From Squalus acanthias (lineage: Eukaryota), in assembly GCA_030390025.1 (NCBI GenBank), contig CM059425.1:167154001-167218000 (forward strand): a DNA stretch of 64,000 bases, given 5' to 3'. The position numbers were made by a program, and so were the translations under genes. Below are positions 12,790 to 24,059 of the stretch, one piece after another. Every line of letters starts with the position of its first letter. Within the stretch, counting starts at the first letter, position 1. The notes under the pieces were generated by a model, which was given only the letters and a program-made list of their open reading frames with translations, searched no databases and had not been told where the DNA came from.

Positions 12790-15226
12790 ATGTCCTTGAT
12801 ATTAACCCCGGCACGAGAGGTGGGAGAGGGTCAGGAGGGACAGTTTAAAATGTGAAATCCGCATAGCCAGACCCTACTTTTATGGCGCCAGAATTTGGGG
12901 CGTCCGAGTGTCCCACTGTGGATAAGTGGCTCTTTCAGCACTCCCAAAGCCCCGTTGCTCAACACATCCCCACCTTACCATCCCTCTGTCATGGAACATC
13001 ACAGCGTCCTCTTGGCCACAAAGCTGAAATGAAAGCTAACACAAAACAAAAATTCCTATCCAAATTTATAAATCAATCAATCCAATACTACATAACAAAG
13101 TCAACTAATCACCCTTGTGCATTCCCTTAGTGCCTGTCTCCCGTGTGCCTTTGCCTGTCCTAGTGCTCCTACGAAGTGCTACCCCAGTGGCTGCAGCATG
13201 GCTGGTGGAAGAATGCTGACTTTCAGTGGGGGAGACTGCAGATGGCCTTGCAGGATGACTTCGAGCAGCTCTGGTCCTAAAAGGCCTGATTTCGGATTGC
13301 ATCAACTCAGCATGAGCAGCAGCATTCTGGGCTGGCTGGCTGACAGGCAAAAGCAAGAGCACTAGCGGAGTGGCAGGGGTGGGAGGACGAATGCTGTCAT
13401 CTGAGAGGGGACAGCAGGTTCGTGCTCCACGGGGCCATTGCCAATCCCCCAGGGTGGCGCCTCAGCAATCCTAGTAATCTGTTGGAGGACAGATTGCTGG
13501 TCCACTGTGAGACCCTGCAAGCCCCTTTACACACTCGTAAATGCAGCCACGATGGCAGCAGTCTGAGCTTGCATGACAGAAGTCTGAGCTTCCACTGCAG
13601 CAGTCAGACATTGAGTCGCTTCCGCTTGTGCTGCAATGGAAGCTGAAACATTGCCCATCAGATCCAGCATTATGGTTGGTTCCACAAGCGCTCTAATGGA
13701 GTTGTCCATCATTTCCATCCTGGAAATTACGGGCTCCAAGCTCTGCGCAAAGTCCTGTGCAAGGTTAGAGCTGGACTCCTCCCTGCTCCTTAACAGTGAC
13801 AACAGGCTCTCTGGCAGACCTGCCATTGCACCAAGCATTTCTGTATGCATGCCCATGACCCTTCTTCTGAAGGCTGCCCCATGGAAGTCCTCATCTGAGT
13901 CATCTGCAGCAGAACTCATGTGGGACCTCACCCTCTGGGGAGCTGGCACCCGAGCTACCCTTTCCCTCTGTTCAGTGACTCACAACATGCAGATCCCGCC
14001 TCTATACGACCCTCTAAAGTACGCACAGTGCCATTTTCTGAGCCGGTGCTTGGAGTGTCAGATCAAGTGACAGTGTCTCTTATTCTCCATCACTCTCCTC
14101 TTGTTCTTCCTGCACTGGTTCTTCCTGAAACAAGATGTGCATGCTTACACCATCAGCAGCTTGTAAGTGAGAAGAGATTGTGCGATGAGGGGGAAGTGGT
14201 ATGTGAGGAGGATTACGTATGAGCATACCGTCATCTGCAATGGTTTCAGAGTCACTGATCACCACGGCCTCAGTGACACCCCCTCCAATAATGTCCAGCA
14301 AAGTCTCCTCCAGCTGGGTCAGGATATGCAGCCATGCCTGTCCACTGCCGGTTAGCTGCTGCTATCTCCTGTTATGAGCCACCTTGGCCTGCAAGAGAAA
14401 GGGAAGTGTGTCAGTGAGTGTTGTGCAATGTGTTTGGGTAATGTGGCTGTCATGGTTGAATAGCTGGCAGTGTGTGCAAGGTGTGTGATGTGGGTGTGAG
14501 TCTTGTAGCAGTGGTAAGTCTGTGAGGGTGAGGTGCAGCTATGAATGTGAGGTATGAGTCGTGATTGATAGAGATTGTTTGTAGGTGTGTGATGGGGGGT
14601 GTGGTGCATTGAGCAGTGTGTGAGGCTAGTGGTACAGTTGGCGGGATATGGCATTTGAAGATGCATTCACTCACCTTGACCACTCGTGTGAGGCCATTAA
14701 GCTTCTTTCGGCACTGGATCCAGTTCCTCGGGGCAAGACTGCTGGCTGTGACCGCTTCAGCTATCTGCCCATTGCCTGCTTACTGTGTGTCTGCGGGGTC
14801 TCCTGACCCCCTGCGGGTAGAGTACCTTTCTCCTCCATTTAACCCTCCGCATTAAGGCCGCCAGTGCTGCGTCTGAGAACCTAGGTACCCTTTCTCTGCC
14901 CTGTTGAACCATAACTGCCTGACAGTTGCCTTGACAACAAGTACAATGAGGTGCTGAAAGCAAAATGCGCCTCCCTTTAAGAAGTGCAGACTGTGTTTAA
15001 AACTGGAGGCTAGCTTTAAATAGAGCTAGCCTCCCATGAACTTGGGCCCCCTACTGAGCACTCAGCCACTCAGCAGCGCTCTCATCGCTGGGCTGCACGC
15101 ATCAATCATGTGATTTAGTAGGCAGCACAAATGTCGCGTTTTGGTTGCACTACTTTCAATGGGTGCGAGCCGATCGTGCACCACGATCCCCGCGTCCATT
15201 TTCAGGCCTACTCCAATTTTTAGCCC
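12790..15226. mobile_element. Internally deleted Harbinger copy: Myb/SANT-like gene retained, transposase lost
   Basis: Right TIR reads GGGCTAAAAATT on - (ends 15226). 12950-14530 aligns by eye with 31346-33038. Left ~120 bp resembles 53885-53980. Confidence 0.8.
13126..14912 (-). pseudogene. Harbinger Myb/SANT-like gene (exon 1 14912-14675, exon 2 14388-14229, exon 3 from ~14122)
   Basis: MVQQGRERVPRFSDAAL... start, gtgagt donor, cttgcag acceptor, GMHTEMLGA and LRRSTR motifs. Frameshifted. Confidence 0.75.
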
Positions 15227-15317
15227 AGGGACTTCACATGAACAGTTCTGGGACTAATGTCCTTACTGGAACAGTAACTAGTGCTGCAGGTGAGGGTTTA
15301 AACTAATGTGGCAGAGG

Positions 15318-15830
15318 GAATAATTTACATTTGTATAGCACTTTAATGTTGAAAAAAACATCCCATGGTGCTTCACAAAGGTATAATGAGGCAAAAATGG
15401 ATGCCGAGCCATAGAACGAGATATTAGGAGGGTTGACCAAGTTTGGTCAAAGAGTGGGTTTTAAGGAGGATGTTAAAGGAGAAGAGGGAGGTGGTGAGGC
15501 AGAGATGTTTAAGGAGAGAATTCCAGAGCAGAGAGAATTTCCTACATTACAACAGTGACTACACTTCAAAAAAAGTACTTCATTGGCTGTAAAGCGCTTT
15601 GGGACGTGCTGAGGTCATGACAGGCGCTGTATAAATGTAAGTCTTGCCAATAGTAGGGCCAAGGGAGGGTGGATGCTCAAGAGACCAAAGTTGGATGAAC
15701 TGAGAATTCTGGAGGGTTGTAGAGCTGGAGGAGGTTAGAAAGATAGGAAAGGATGAGGTCATGAAGGGATTTAAACATGAGGATGATAATTCGAGAAATT
15801 AGGGGACCAGGAGCCAATGTGGGTCAGCGA
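15318..15830 (-). mobile_element. L2 3' fragment containing a short inverted SINE-tail piece (~15538-15645)
   Basis: Similar to the L2 3' sequence at 4681-5048. Confidence 0.6.
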
Positions 15831-15914
15831 GCCCGTGCATCTCTGCCCAGTTGTACTATGCGCAGAGCAGCATAACCAGCAGTTCTTAAAGGGAGTACCA
15901 GAGGACTCTCAAAC

Positions 15915-16271
15915 GGCCCAGGAAATTTTGAGTTTTTATTTTTGTTGGCCCAGGAGAAGCAGGAGTGCTGTTATTCTCCGAGTTAGGACATTTGCCGGCC
16001 CATACAAGGCACTCCCCCGCTCCACCGGGATTGCCTCCCACCCAGACTCGACCTGCCAGCCAGCTCAGCATAGGACCCAGTCGATTTCCCACATTCTCAC
16101 AACCGGCGAGCTGCAACGGGACGCCCATTTGGTAGCAGCAGCTCATCCGCAGCACTTAAATGAGGCCCAAACTCAAATTTGGTTAAGGCTTCATGCCAGC
16201 ACAGACGGGTAGCGGAACGGCTGCTCTGCCGACTTAGCGCCCATTTCGGACAAAAGTTGAATTTCCTGGCC
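15915..16271. mobile_element. Harbinger-type MITE
   Basis: Ends GGCCCAGGAAATT and AATTTCCTGGCC are near-perfect inverted repeats. The TSD is imperfect (AAC/AAG). Confidence 0.5.
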
Positions 16272-17224
16272 AAGGAGTCTCCACACCATTTCTACCCCAG
16301 AAATAGGTGCCTATGGAGTTAATGTAATATCAGCCCCTACAGTTCTTAGCATCAGTTAAGTCTGACCAGTCTAAGTGCAGCCTAGGATTATTCCAGCTCT
16401 GTTAGGAAGAGAAACTGAGAGCTTGTTTTCATTGGAGAAAAGGTTTGAAAAGCAAATGTGGTACAAGTTTTTAAAATGCTGAAATGTATTAATAATTTAA
16501 GTATGTGCATGGTGTTTAGTTTAGACCAGGAAAGCAGAATTAAACAACAAGTACAAAATGAACAAGCCTCAAGTAAGACTCAAGATTAGAAACAAAATTT
16601 TCCACCAAGCAGTAGGTTATATGAAACAAACTCCTAATTAAAGTTATGTTCATTAACTCCTTTTTTTAAGAGTTAAATACATATTTGGTTAGGTACAAGA
16701 TTAAGAATGAATATGAACTGACCTGGGAAAATACCTCATGGAGCACAGAAATGGAAAGCAACCAGTCAATGTCAAATAATGCAAGGTCTAAGTTTAGACA
16801 GATAGTCTAGCTTATTTTTTTAATGCCTTCAGATATCAGGAAGAAATTGTGCTGAACGTTCCTGCACAAGATTCAGTTGGGTCGAGGCGATGATAGGGAA
16901 AATGTACATAGGCTGTGAAGGAACAGGCTTGGTGACCCAATGGCTCATAACTATACTTTTTTATGTAAATAGCTTATGAATAGAACTCTAAAGAAATGCT
17001 GATCTTAATCTGACTGTAGTATCTTTCTCTGCATTGCTCTCCCATTTAACACTGAACCATGCATTATCTAGTGTTGCAACCCTTAGTAGTGATAACTGAT
17101 GTCCATTAACTGTTGCATGCTGCCAGTAACTGTCTCCTCGACCTTTCCCTCTCCCTTCCCACCCAGCTAGCTGCTTTTACTACCCCTACTCAAATAGTTT
17201 AATTTGTTTAAAAAAAATCAGAAA

Positions 17225-18136
17225 TCAATACAAAAAGTGGCCGTGTGGTTTATAGTAAGGAAGAAAGCTGTAGACTGAAGGAAGATATCAATGAACTGGT
17301 CAGATGGGCAGAAGAGTGGCAATAGGAATTCAATCCAGAGAAGTGTGAGGTAATGCATTTGGGAAGGACTAATAAGGCAATAATAAATGGTAGGATACTG
17401 AGAAGTGTAGAGGAACAGAGGGACCTTGGAGTGCATGTCCACAGATCCCTGAAGGTAGCAGGACAGGTAGATAAGGTGGTTGAGAAGGCATATGGGATAC
17501 TTTCCTATTTTGGCCGAGGCATAGAATATAAGAGCAGAGAGGTTATACTAGAACAGTATAAAACACTAGTTAAGCCACACCTAGAGTACTGCCTACAGTT
17601 CTGGTCACCACATTACAGGAAAGATGTGATTGCACTAGAGAGGGTACAGAGGTGATTTATGAGGATGTTGCCAGAACTGGAGAATTTTAGCTATGAGGAA
17701 TGATTGGATAGGCTAGGGTTGTTTTCTTTGGAACAGAGGAGGCTGGGGGGAGATCTAATTGAGGTGTATAAAATTATGAGGGGCCTAGATAGAGTGGATA
17801 GAAAGGACCTATTTCCTTTAGCAGAGAAGTCAATAACCAGGGGCATAGATTTCCAGTAATTGGCAGAAGGATTAGGATGGAGTTGAGGGGAACATTTTTC
17901 ACCCAGAGGGTTGTGGGGGTCTGGAACTCACTGCTTGAAAGGGTGGCAGAGGCATAAATCCTCACTGCATTTAAAGAATACTTGGATATGCACTTGAAGT
18001 GCTGTAACCTACAAGGCTACGGACCAAGAGCTGGAAAGTGGGATTAGGCTGAATAGCTCTTTTTCGGCCGGCACAGACTCAATGGGCCAAATGGCCTCCT
18101 TCTGTGCTGTAAACTTCTGATTCTATGATTCTATGA
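17225..18136 (+). mobile_element. CR1 LINE 3' part
   Basis: ORF 17353-17655 (QRDLGVHVH...PHLEYCLQFWSP) and an (ATTCTATG)n tail at ~18114-18136. Confidence 0.9.
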
Positions 18137-18292
18137 AACCATCCATTCATCCTGTGAGAGCTTCAGATGTTTGGCACATATGCAAACAAATAGCGAATAA
18201 GCAGAACATTTGTATATATCTCACCCAATAGATTAGTGCTAATTTGTTATCATAGACTCACCTGTTCCCTTTCTTCTGAACTTATCTTCCTT

Positions 18293-18994
18293 ACTTTTTT
18301 TTTTATTCGTTCCTGGGATATGGGCATCGCTGGCAAGGCTTGCATTTATTGCCTATCCATAATTGCTGTTGAGAAGGTGATGGTGAGCCGCCTTCTTGAA
18401 CCGCTGCAGTCCATGTGGAGAAGGTATTCCCACAGTGCTGTTAGGAAGTGAGTTCCAGGATTTTGACCCAGCGACAATGAAGGAACAATGATATATTTCC
18501 AAGTCAGGGTGGTGTGTGACTTGGAGGTGATGGTGTTCCCATGGAGCTGCTGCCCTTGTCCTTCTAGGTGGTAGAGTTTGTGGGTTTGGGAGGTGCTGCC
18601 GAAGAAGCCTTGGCAAGTTGCTGCAGTGCATCTTGTAGATGGTACACACTGCAGCCACAGTACGCCGGTGGTGCAGGGAGTGAATGTTTAATGTGGTGGA
18701 TGGGGTGCCAATCAAGCGGGCTACTTTGTCCTGGATGGTGTCGAGCTTCTTGAGTGTTGTTGGAGCTGCACTCATCCAGGCAAGTGAAGAGTATTCCATC
18801 ACACTCCTGACTTATGCCTTGTAGATGGTGGAAAGACTTTGGGGAGTCAGGAGGTGAGACACTCGCCACAGAATACCCAGCCTCTGACCTGCTCTTGTAG
18901 CCACAGTATTTATGTGGCTGGTCCAGTTAAGTTTCTGGTCAATGGTGACCCCCAGGATGTTGATGGTGGGGGATTCGGCGATGGTAATGCCGTT
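18293..18994 (-). mobile_element. Non-LTR retrotransposon 3' part (second CR1/L2-group family)
   Basis: MMEYSSLAWMSAAPTTLKKLDTIQDK... Near-identical to 43025-43710. Confidence 0.85.
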
Positions 18995-19326
18995 GTCAAA
19001 AGATAATTCATACTTGTGAGACTGTTAACCATTACAAATGAATCTCAGGCTTCAAAAAACTACTGAAACATTAAAATAAAAAGATCTGTATTTATACTGC
19101 ATTTTATCACATCTCCAGGCACTTCACATAGTGAATGACTTTGAAATGGAATGACTTATTATGTAAGTAAACACAACAGCCATTTATTTGCAGCAAGATT
19201 TAAACAGCAGTTAAATGAAGAGCCATTTCATCTCTTTTTGTGGTGATAGTTGAGGGAAAGGTATTGGCCAGAATCCCATGTGAACTCCCGACACTTCTTC
19301 AACAGTTTGGATCTTTAAATGCATTT

Positions 19327-20552
19327 TACCGCACCATCAACCTACTCTCAATCATCAGAAAAGTGATGGAAGGTGTCATCAACAGTTCTACCAAGAGGCA
19401 ATTACTCACCAATAACCAGCTCACCAATGCTCAATTTGCATTCTACCAAGACCACTCGGCTCCAGACTTCATTACAGCTGAATTCCAGAGATGAGGTGTG
19501 AGTGACTGCCCTTAACATTAAGGCAGCATTCAACCAAGTGTGGCACCAAGGAGTCTTAGTAAAACTGAAGCAAATGGGGAAGGGGGAAAACTCTCCAGTG
19601 GCTGGAGTCATACCTGGCACACAGGAAGATGGTTGTGGTTGCTGGAGGCCAATCATCTCAGCTCTGGGACATTGCTGCATGAGTACCTCAGGGCAGCGTC
19701 CTATGCCCAACTATCTTCAGCTGCTTCACCATACACAATTCCTTAGATAATGAAGCAGTCCATACCCGCATATAGTAAGACCTGGATAAAATCCAAGCTT
19801 GAGATGATAAGTGGCAAGTAACATTCACACCACACAAGTACCAGGCAATGACAATCTCCAACAAGATGGAGATGGTCTAACCACCTCCTATTTACATTCA
19901 ATGGCATTACCATCACCGAATCTCCCATATTAAACATCCTAGGGGTCACCATTGACCAGAAACTGAACTGCCACATAAATGCCATCGCTACTGGAGCAGG
20001 TCAAAGGATGAGTATTCTGTGATGAGCAGCTCACCTCCTGACTCCCCAAATTCTTTCTACCACCTACAAGGCACAAGTCAGGAGTGTGATGGAATACTGT
20101 CCATTTGCCTGGATAGGTGCAGCTGCAACAAGACTCAAGAAGCTCTATGCCATCCAGGACACAGCGGTCTGGTTGATCGGCACCCATCCACCACCTTAAA
20201 CACCCACTCCCTCCATGACTGGTGTACCATGGCTGTAGTATGTTTTGTCTACAGGATTCACTGCAGGAAGTAGCCATGGCTTCTTTGGCAGCACCTCCCA
20301 AATCCGTGATCTCTACCACCTAGAAAGACAAGGGCTTCAGGTGCATGGGAACATCATCACCTCCAAGTTCCCCTCCAAGTCACAACCATCATAACTTGGA
20401 CATACAGCAACATTCCTTCATCAATGCTGGGTCAAAATTCTGGAACTCACTTCCTAACAGCACAGAGGGAGTACCTTCACCACATGGACTGCAGTGGTTC
20501 AAGAAGGTGGCTCACCACCACCTTCTCAAGAGCAACTGGAGCTGGGCAATAA
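19327..20552 (+). mobile_element. Older copy of the same second LINE family
   Basis: INLLSIIRKVMEGVIN and AAFNQVWHQG motifs; same 3' end as 18293-18994 in the opposite orientation. Confidence 0.8.
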
Positions 20553-20559
20553 ATCAAAT

Positions 20560-20662
20560 CAAAAGCAAAATACTGAGGATGCTGGAAATCTTCAATAAAA
20601 ACAGAAAATGCTGGATATACTCAGCAGGTCAGGCAGCATCTGTGGAGAGAGAAACAGAGTTG
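20560..20662 (-). mobile_element. Penelope-like terminal repeat fragment
   Basis: Matches 60388-60455 and 27487-27585. Confidence 0.7.
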
Positions 20663-20945
20663 AAGATGACAATACTACTCAATGATTTTTTTTACCTGCC
20701 AATCATCAAAGCTCTTTGTGTATAGGAGACACTTTCCCAGTCACCTAATAATCTTCAATAAAATATTGTTTCTCCCTCACTGTTTTCATAGCAGGACACA
20801 GTCAATGAATGATATTGGAAAAGATGTCATGGTCAGAAGCCAGCCTGGTTACTGCTTGCAAAGTGTGTGGGAGGCCTGTTTCAATAATAGTCTCTGAATC
20901 TCTTTCATGTGTGAATGAGAATAGTGTAAGAAGGACAATATTTCA

Positions 20946-22700
20946 GGGAGAATTTCCACACCGTTTTCGGCATAATTTTAGCATATAATCAGGGTAAGTA
21001 ACATTTTTTTGGTTACAAAATGAGGCATAAGTAATTTAGGCTGGCTTTCCACCCAAAACCAAAATCCCACCTGCTTTTTGGCCCTTCCCACAGGGTGCAA
21101 TCTCTGGCATTCATGTTGCTTTGAAAACTCTTATAGAAAATCCCCTCAACCAGCTCAAAAGCTGGGGTGTCCATTCCTTAAATATACAGATTGTGTGCAA
21201 CAACATGCAAAGGATCCTACACATTAGTGCGAGATATGTTGAAAGTTGTCGTGATGCATTCATCCTTCGAAAATCGACCCACTCTTACCTCTTCAGGGAA
21301 GAAAATCATGTCAATGGATGGCTTTTAGGTGACAAAGCCTACCTCCTGTTTGCATGAATAATTGCCCCACTAAGAATGGGCTGCACAGCAACAGAGGAGT
21401 GCTACAGTGAGGTACATGCTCTACAAACTCATTAAGAGGATGAATGGGGTCTTAAAAGGGATGCTTTTGCTACCTAAGCAGGTCAGGAGGGGCTCTGCCG
21501 TATGCTTCAGGTTGTGTTTCACGCATAGTTGTAGGCTTTTGTATCCACACAACTTCACTATACCAGAAGTTCTGGGGAGGCAGCCCTAGCTTCTTTGGAA
21601 GTACATGGGTGAGGGCACTCAGAGGATTCCTCAAGTGACTGCTGCAAGGGAAATCAGAGTCAATCACATCACTGAATTTTTCTTTTCATGCGAGTCCCCA
21701 GGATTTCTGGGTCTCATGTCTCTGAAGCTATGGGCAACCTTCTCCTCAGCCTCCAGTGGGAAGGTGGCTCATCTTCACCCATTTCCCATTCCTCCGGCTC
21801 CTTCATACTCTGTGAATCACCCAGTGGTACATCCCAACACTATCTAATTCCCTTCCCCCCCAGGTGAAAGTACCTAAGCTGCTGCTTGGGGGTGAGAAAG
21901 CAAGTGGTGTAGCGGGTGAGATTGGAGGCAGTGAAACATAGGGCAGGATACTCCAAGGACTCTTGTGTGGCCTGGCCCTCATCATCCTGTTCCTGATCAT
22001 TATTGTTGTTGCCATAGTCAACAATGAAGAAATGTATGCCTTGATGCTCCTCCTCAGCATCATCATCATCATCATCATCATCTTCTTCCTCCTGTGTCCT
22101 CTGTTGCTGTGGTGGTTTATGATTGGTCTGGAAAATAACAAACCACAATTATAATAATGCCCCCCACCCTGTTCTCTGTTAAAGTGGAGGAAGCAGTTTT
22201 AGGGTTGAGCATGCAAGTAATTGCTTTCAGGGGAGATGGGTAGTCATGCTATAATATTTCAAGTTAGCCCCCTTTAACCTGAGTGCATTGAGAAGGGTTA
22301 GTTGTTCAACTGTTACTTTTAGAGGTGAAGAGTGTGCTGGTGCCCAGGATGCCCAAGGACGAAAAAGGAGAATAGCCGGTATGTTACCTTGTTTGCCCTG
22401 GTCAGGTCATTAAACTTTTTGCAGCACTCATCAACAGTTCTGGAAGTTAAAGAGTTGGCATTCAGTGCCAGTACCAGCTCCCTCCATATGCCATGAGTTA
22501 CATTTTTGGCAGGTTTCCTGCCACAGACACCCAGCAGTCTGTTATCTGAGGTGAATTTTATCCAGAGCTTTGCAGATTCGTTTCCAAGAAATTGTGGCCA
22601 TTTTTCTCTTCCTCTGTGCCATGCCTTCATCTCTTGTCTGGCTGCCTCTGCCAGCTGCTCCTGTATTAGGCATTCTTGAAAGGTGACACAAAAACATTAA
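20946..22700. mobile_element. Old degenerate Harbinger copy (transposase + ~21130-21560; Myb/SANT-like exons - ~21600-22625)
   Basis: HSLNIQIVC...DAFILR...GWLLGDKAY on +, and IWRELV...RTVDECCKKFNDLTRANK plus an acidic exon on -. Confidence 0.75.
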
Positions 22701-22709
22701 TGAGACATG

Positions 22710-24059
22710 GGCTTGAATTTTAATCCTTTGGCGGGTTGGGAGCAAATTTGATGGCAGGGCCTGATTTGCACTTGAAACCTCTGTTTTCCACCCGCACCCA
22801 GCCAGATGGAGAGGCTGGCTGGCTGCGGATGGGTAGGCCTGTGGCACTAGGCCACAGAGAGGAGGGAGGGAGGGATCAAGTGGGGGCCTGGGGTTGATTG
22901 GGGGGGTGCTGGGGGCTGATCAGGAGTGGCACAGCATGATCGGGGGGCCAGAGGATGATCGGGGGGAGCCGGAGTATGACTGGGGGACTGGGGGCTGATC
23001 GGGAAAAGAAAGAAAGACTTGCATTTATATTGTGCCTTTCACAACAACCAGACGTCCCAAAGCGCTGAAGTACTTTTGTGAAGTGTAGTCACTGTTGTAA
23101 TGTAGGAAACACGGTAGCCAATTTGCGCACAGCAAGCTCCCACAAACAGCAATATGATAATGACCAGATAATCTGTTTTTGTTATGTTGATCGAGGGATA
23201 ATTCTTGGCCAGGACACCGGGGATAAATTCCCTGCTCTTCTTCAAAATAGTGCCATAGGATCTTTTACTTCCACCTGAAAGCACCTCTGAAAGTGCAGCA
23301 CTCCCTCAGTACTGCACTGGAGTGTCAGCCTAGATTTTTGAAGTCCCTGGAGTTGGACTTGAACCCACAACCTTCTGACTCAGAGGCGAGAATGCTACCA
23401 ACTGAGCAACGTCTGACACGGAGGGGGGCCGGAGCATGATTGGGGGGCTGGAGGCTGATCAGGGGGAGGCCAGACTCGAGCATCGGGGGGCTGGAGGAGC
23501 ACGGGGGGAAGGCAGAGAACATCGGGGGGCTGGAGCAGAGCATTGGAGGGGAGGCAGAGAACATCGGGGGCGGCCTAAAGGTCATCGGTGGGAGGGGGAG
23601 GCCTCGTTGGGGGGGGATCAGAGGCCTGGGGGGGGTGGGGGGCAGTGGAATCGGAGGCCTGGGGAGGGGATCGTAGACCTCATGGGGGGGGGTCTCTAAA
23701 TGCGTGGGGTGGGTTAGGCAGGGATGCTGGATCCAGGAGGTAAGTGTAAAGGCACTTACCTCCTGGATCCAGCAGTCTTTGCCTTCCATTAGCTGGCGAG
23801 TTTCATGAGGCCTGCAAAACTTGATCAGCCACTGTTAAATTTAAAATGGTGGTTAAATCTGAGGCAAACCAGCCTCATTATAATATTAAATGAAATTTAA
23901 TGAGACCCGCCTTGGCTGCCCGCCCCACCCCCATCCCGCCTCCGTTTAAACCGGAAGTGGGTGGGTTGGAGGCGGATTCTGGTCGATATTCAGATTTTTA
24001 ATACTTTAACCTCCCACCCAACCCCAACCCACTCATTTTTTGGGGTTAAAATTCCCCCC
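22710..24059. mobile_element. Harbinger-type MITE with G-rich internal repeats and a nested SINE
   Basis: Ends GGCTTGAATTTTAA and TTAAAATTCCCCCC, ATG on both flanks, and GATCGGGGGG-like units at ~22860-23700. Confidence 0.6.
23004..23419 (-). mobile_element. tRNA-derived SINE with L2-like 3' tail
   Basis: The - strand head has A-box TGCTCAGTTGG and B-box GGTTCAAGTCC. The tail resembles the L2 tail at 59340-59385 and ends in (TTTC)n. Confidence 0.85.

Noticed and set aside
21963..22154. Hydrophobic membrane-protein-like ORF
   Set aside because: It is the antisense reading of the Asp/Glu-rich Myb exon and a (CAT)n repeat.
23345..23419. tRNA gene
   Set aside because: The A/B boxes are the head of a SINE that continues into a body and an L2-like tail.
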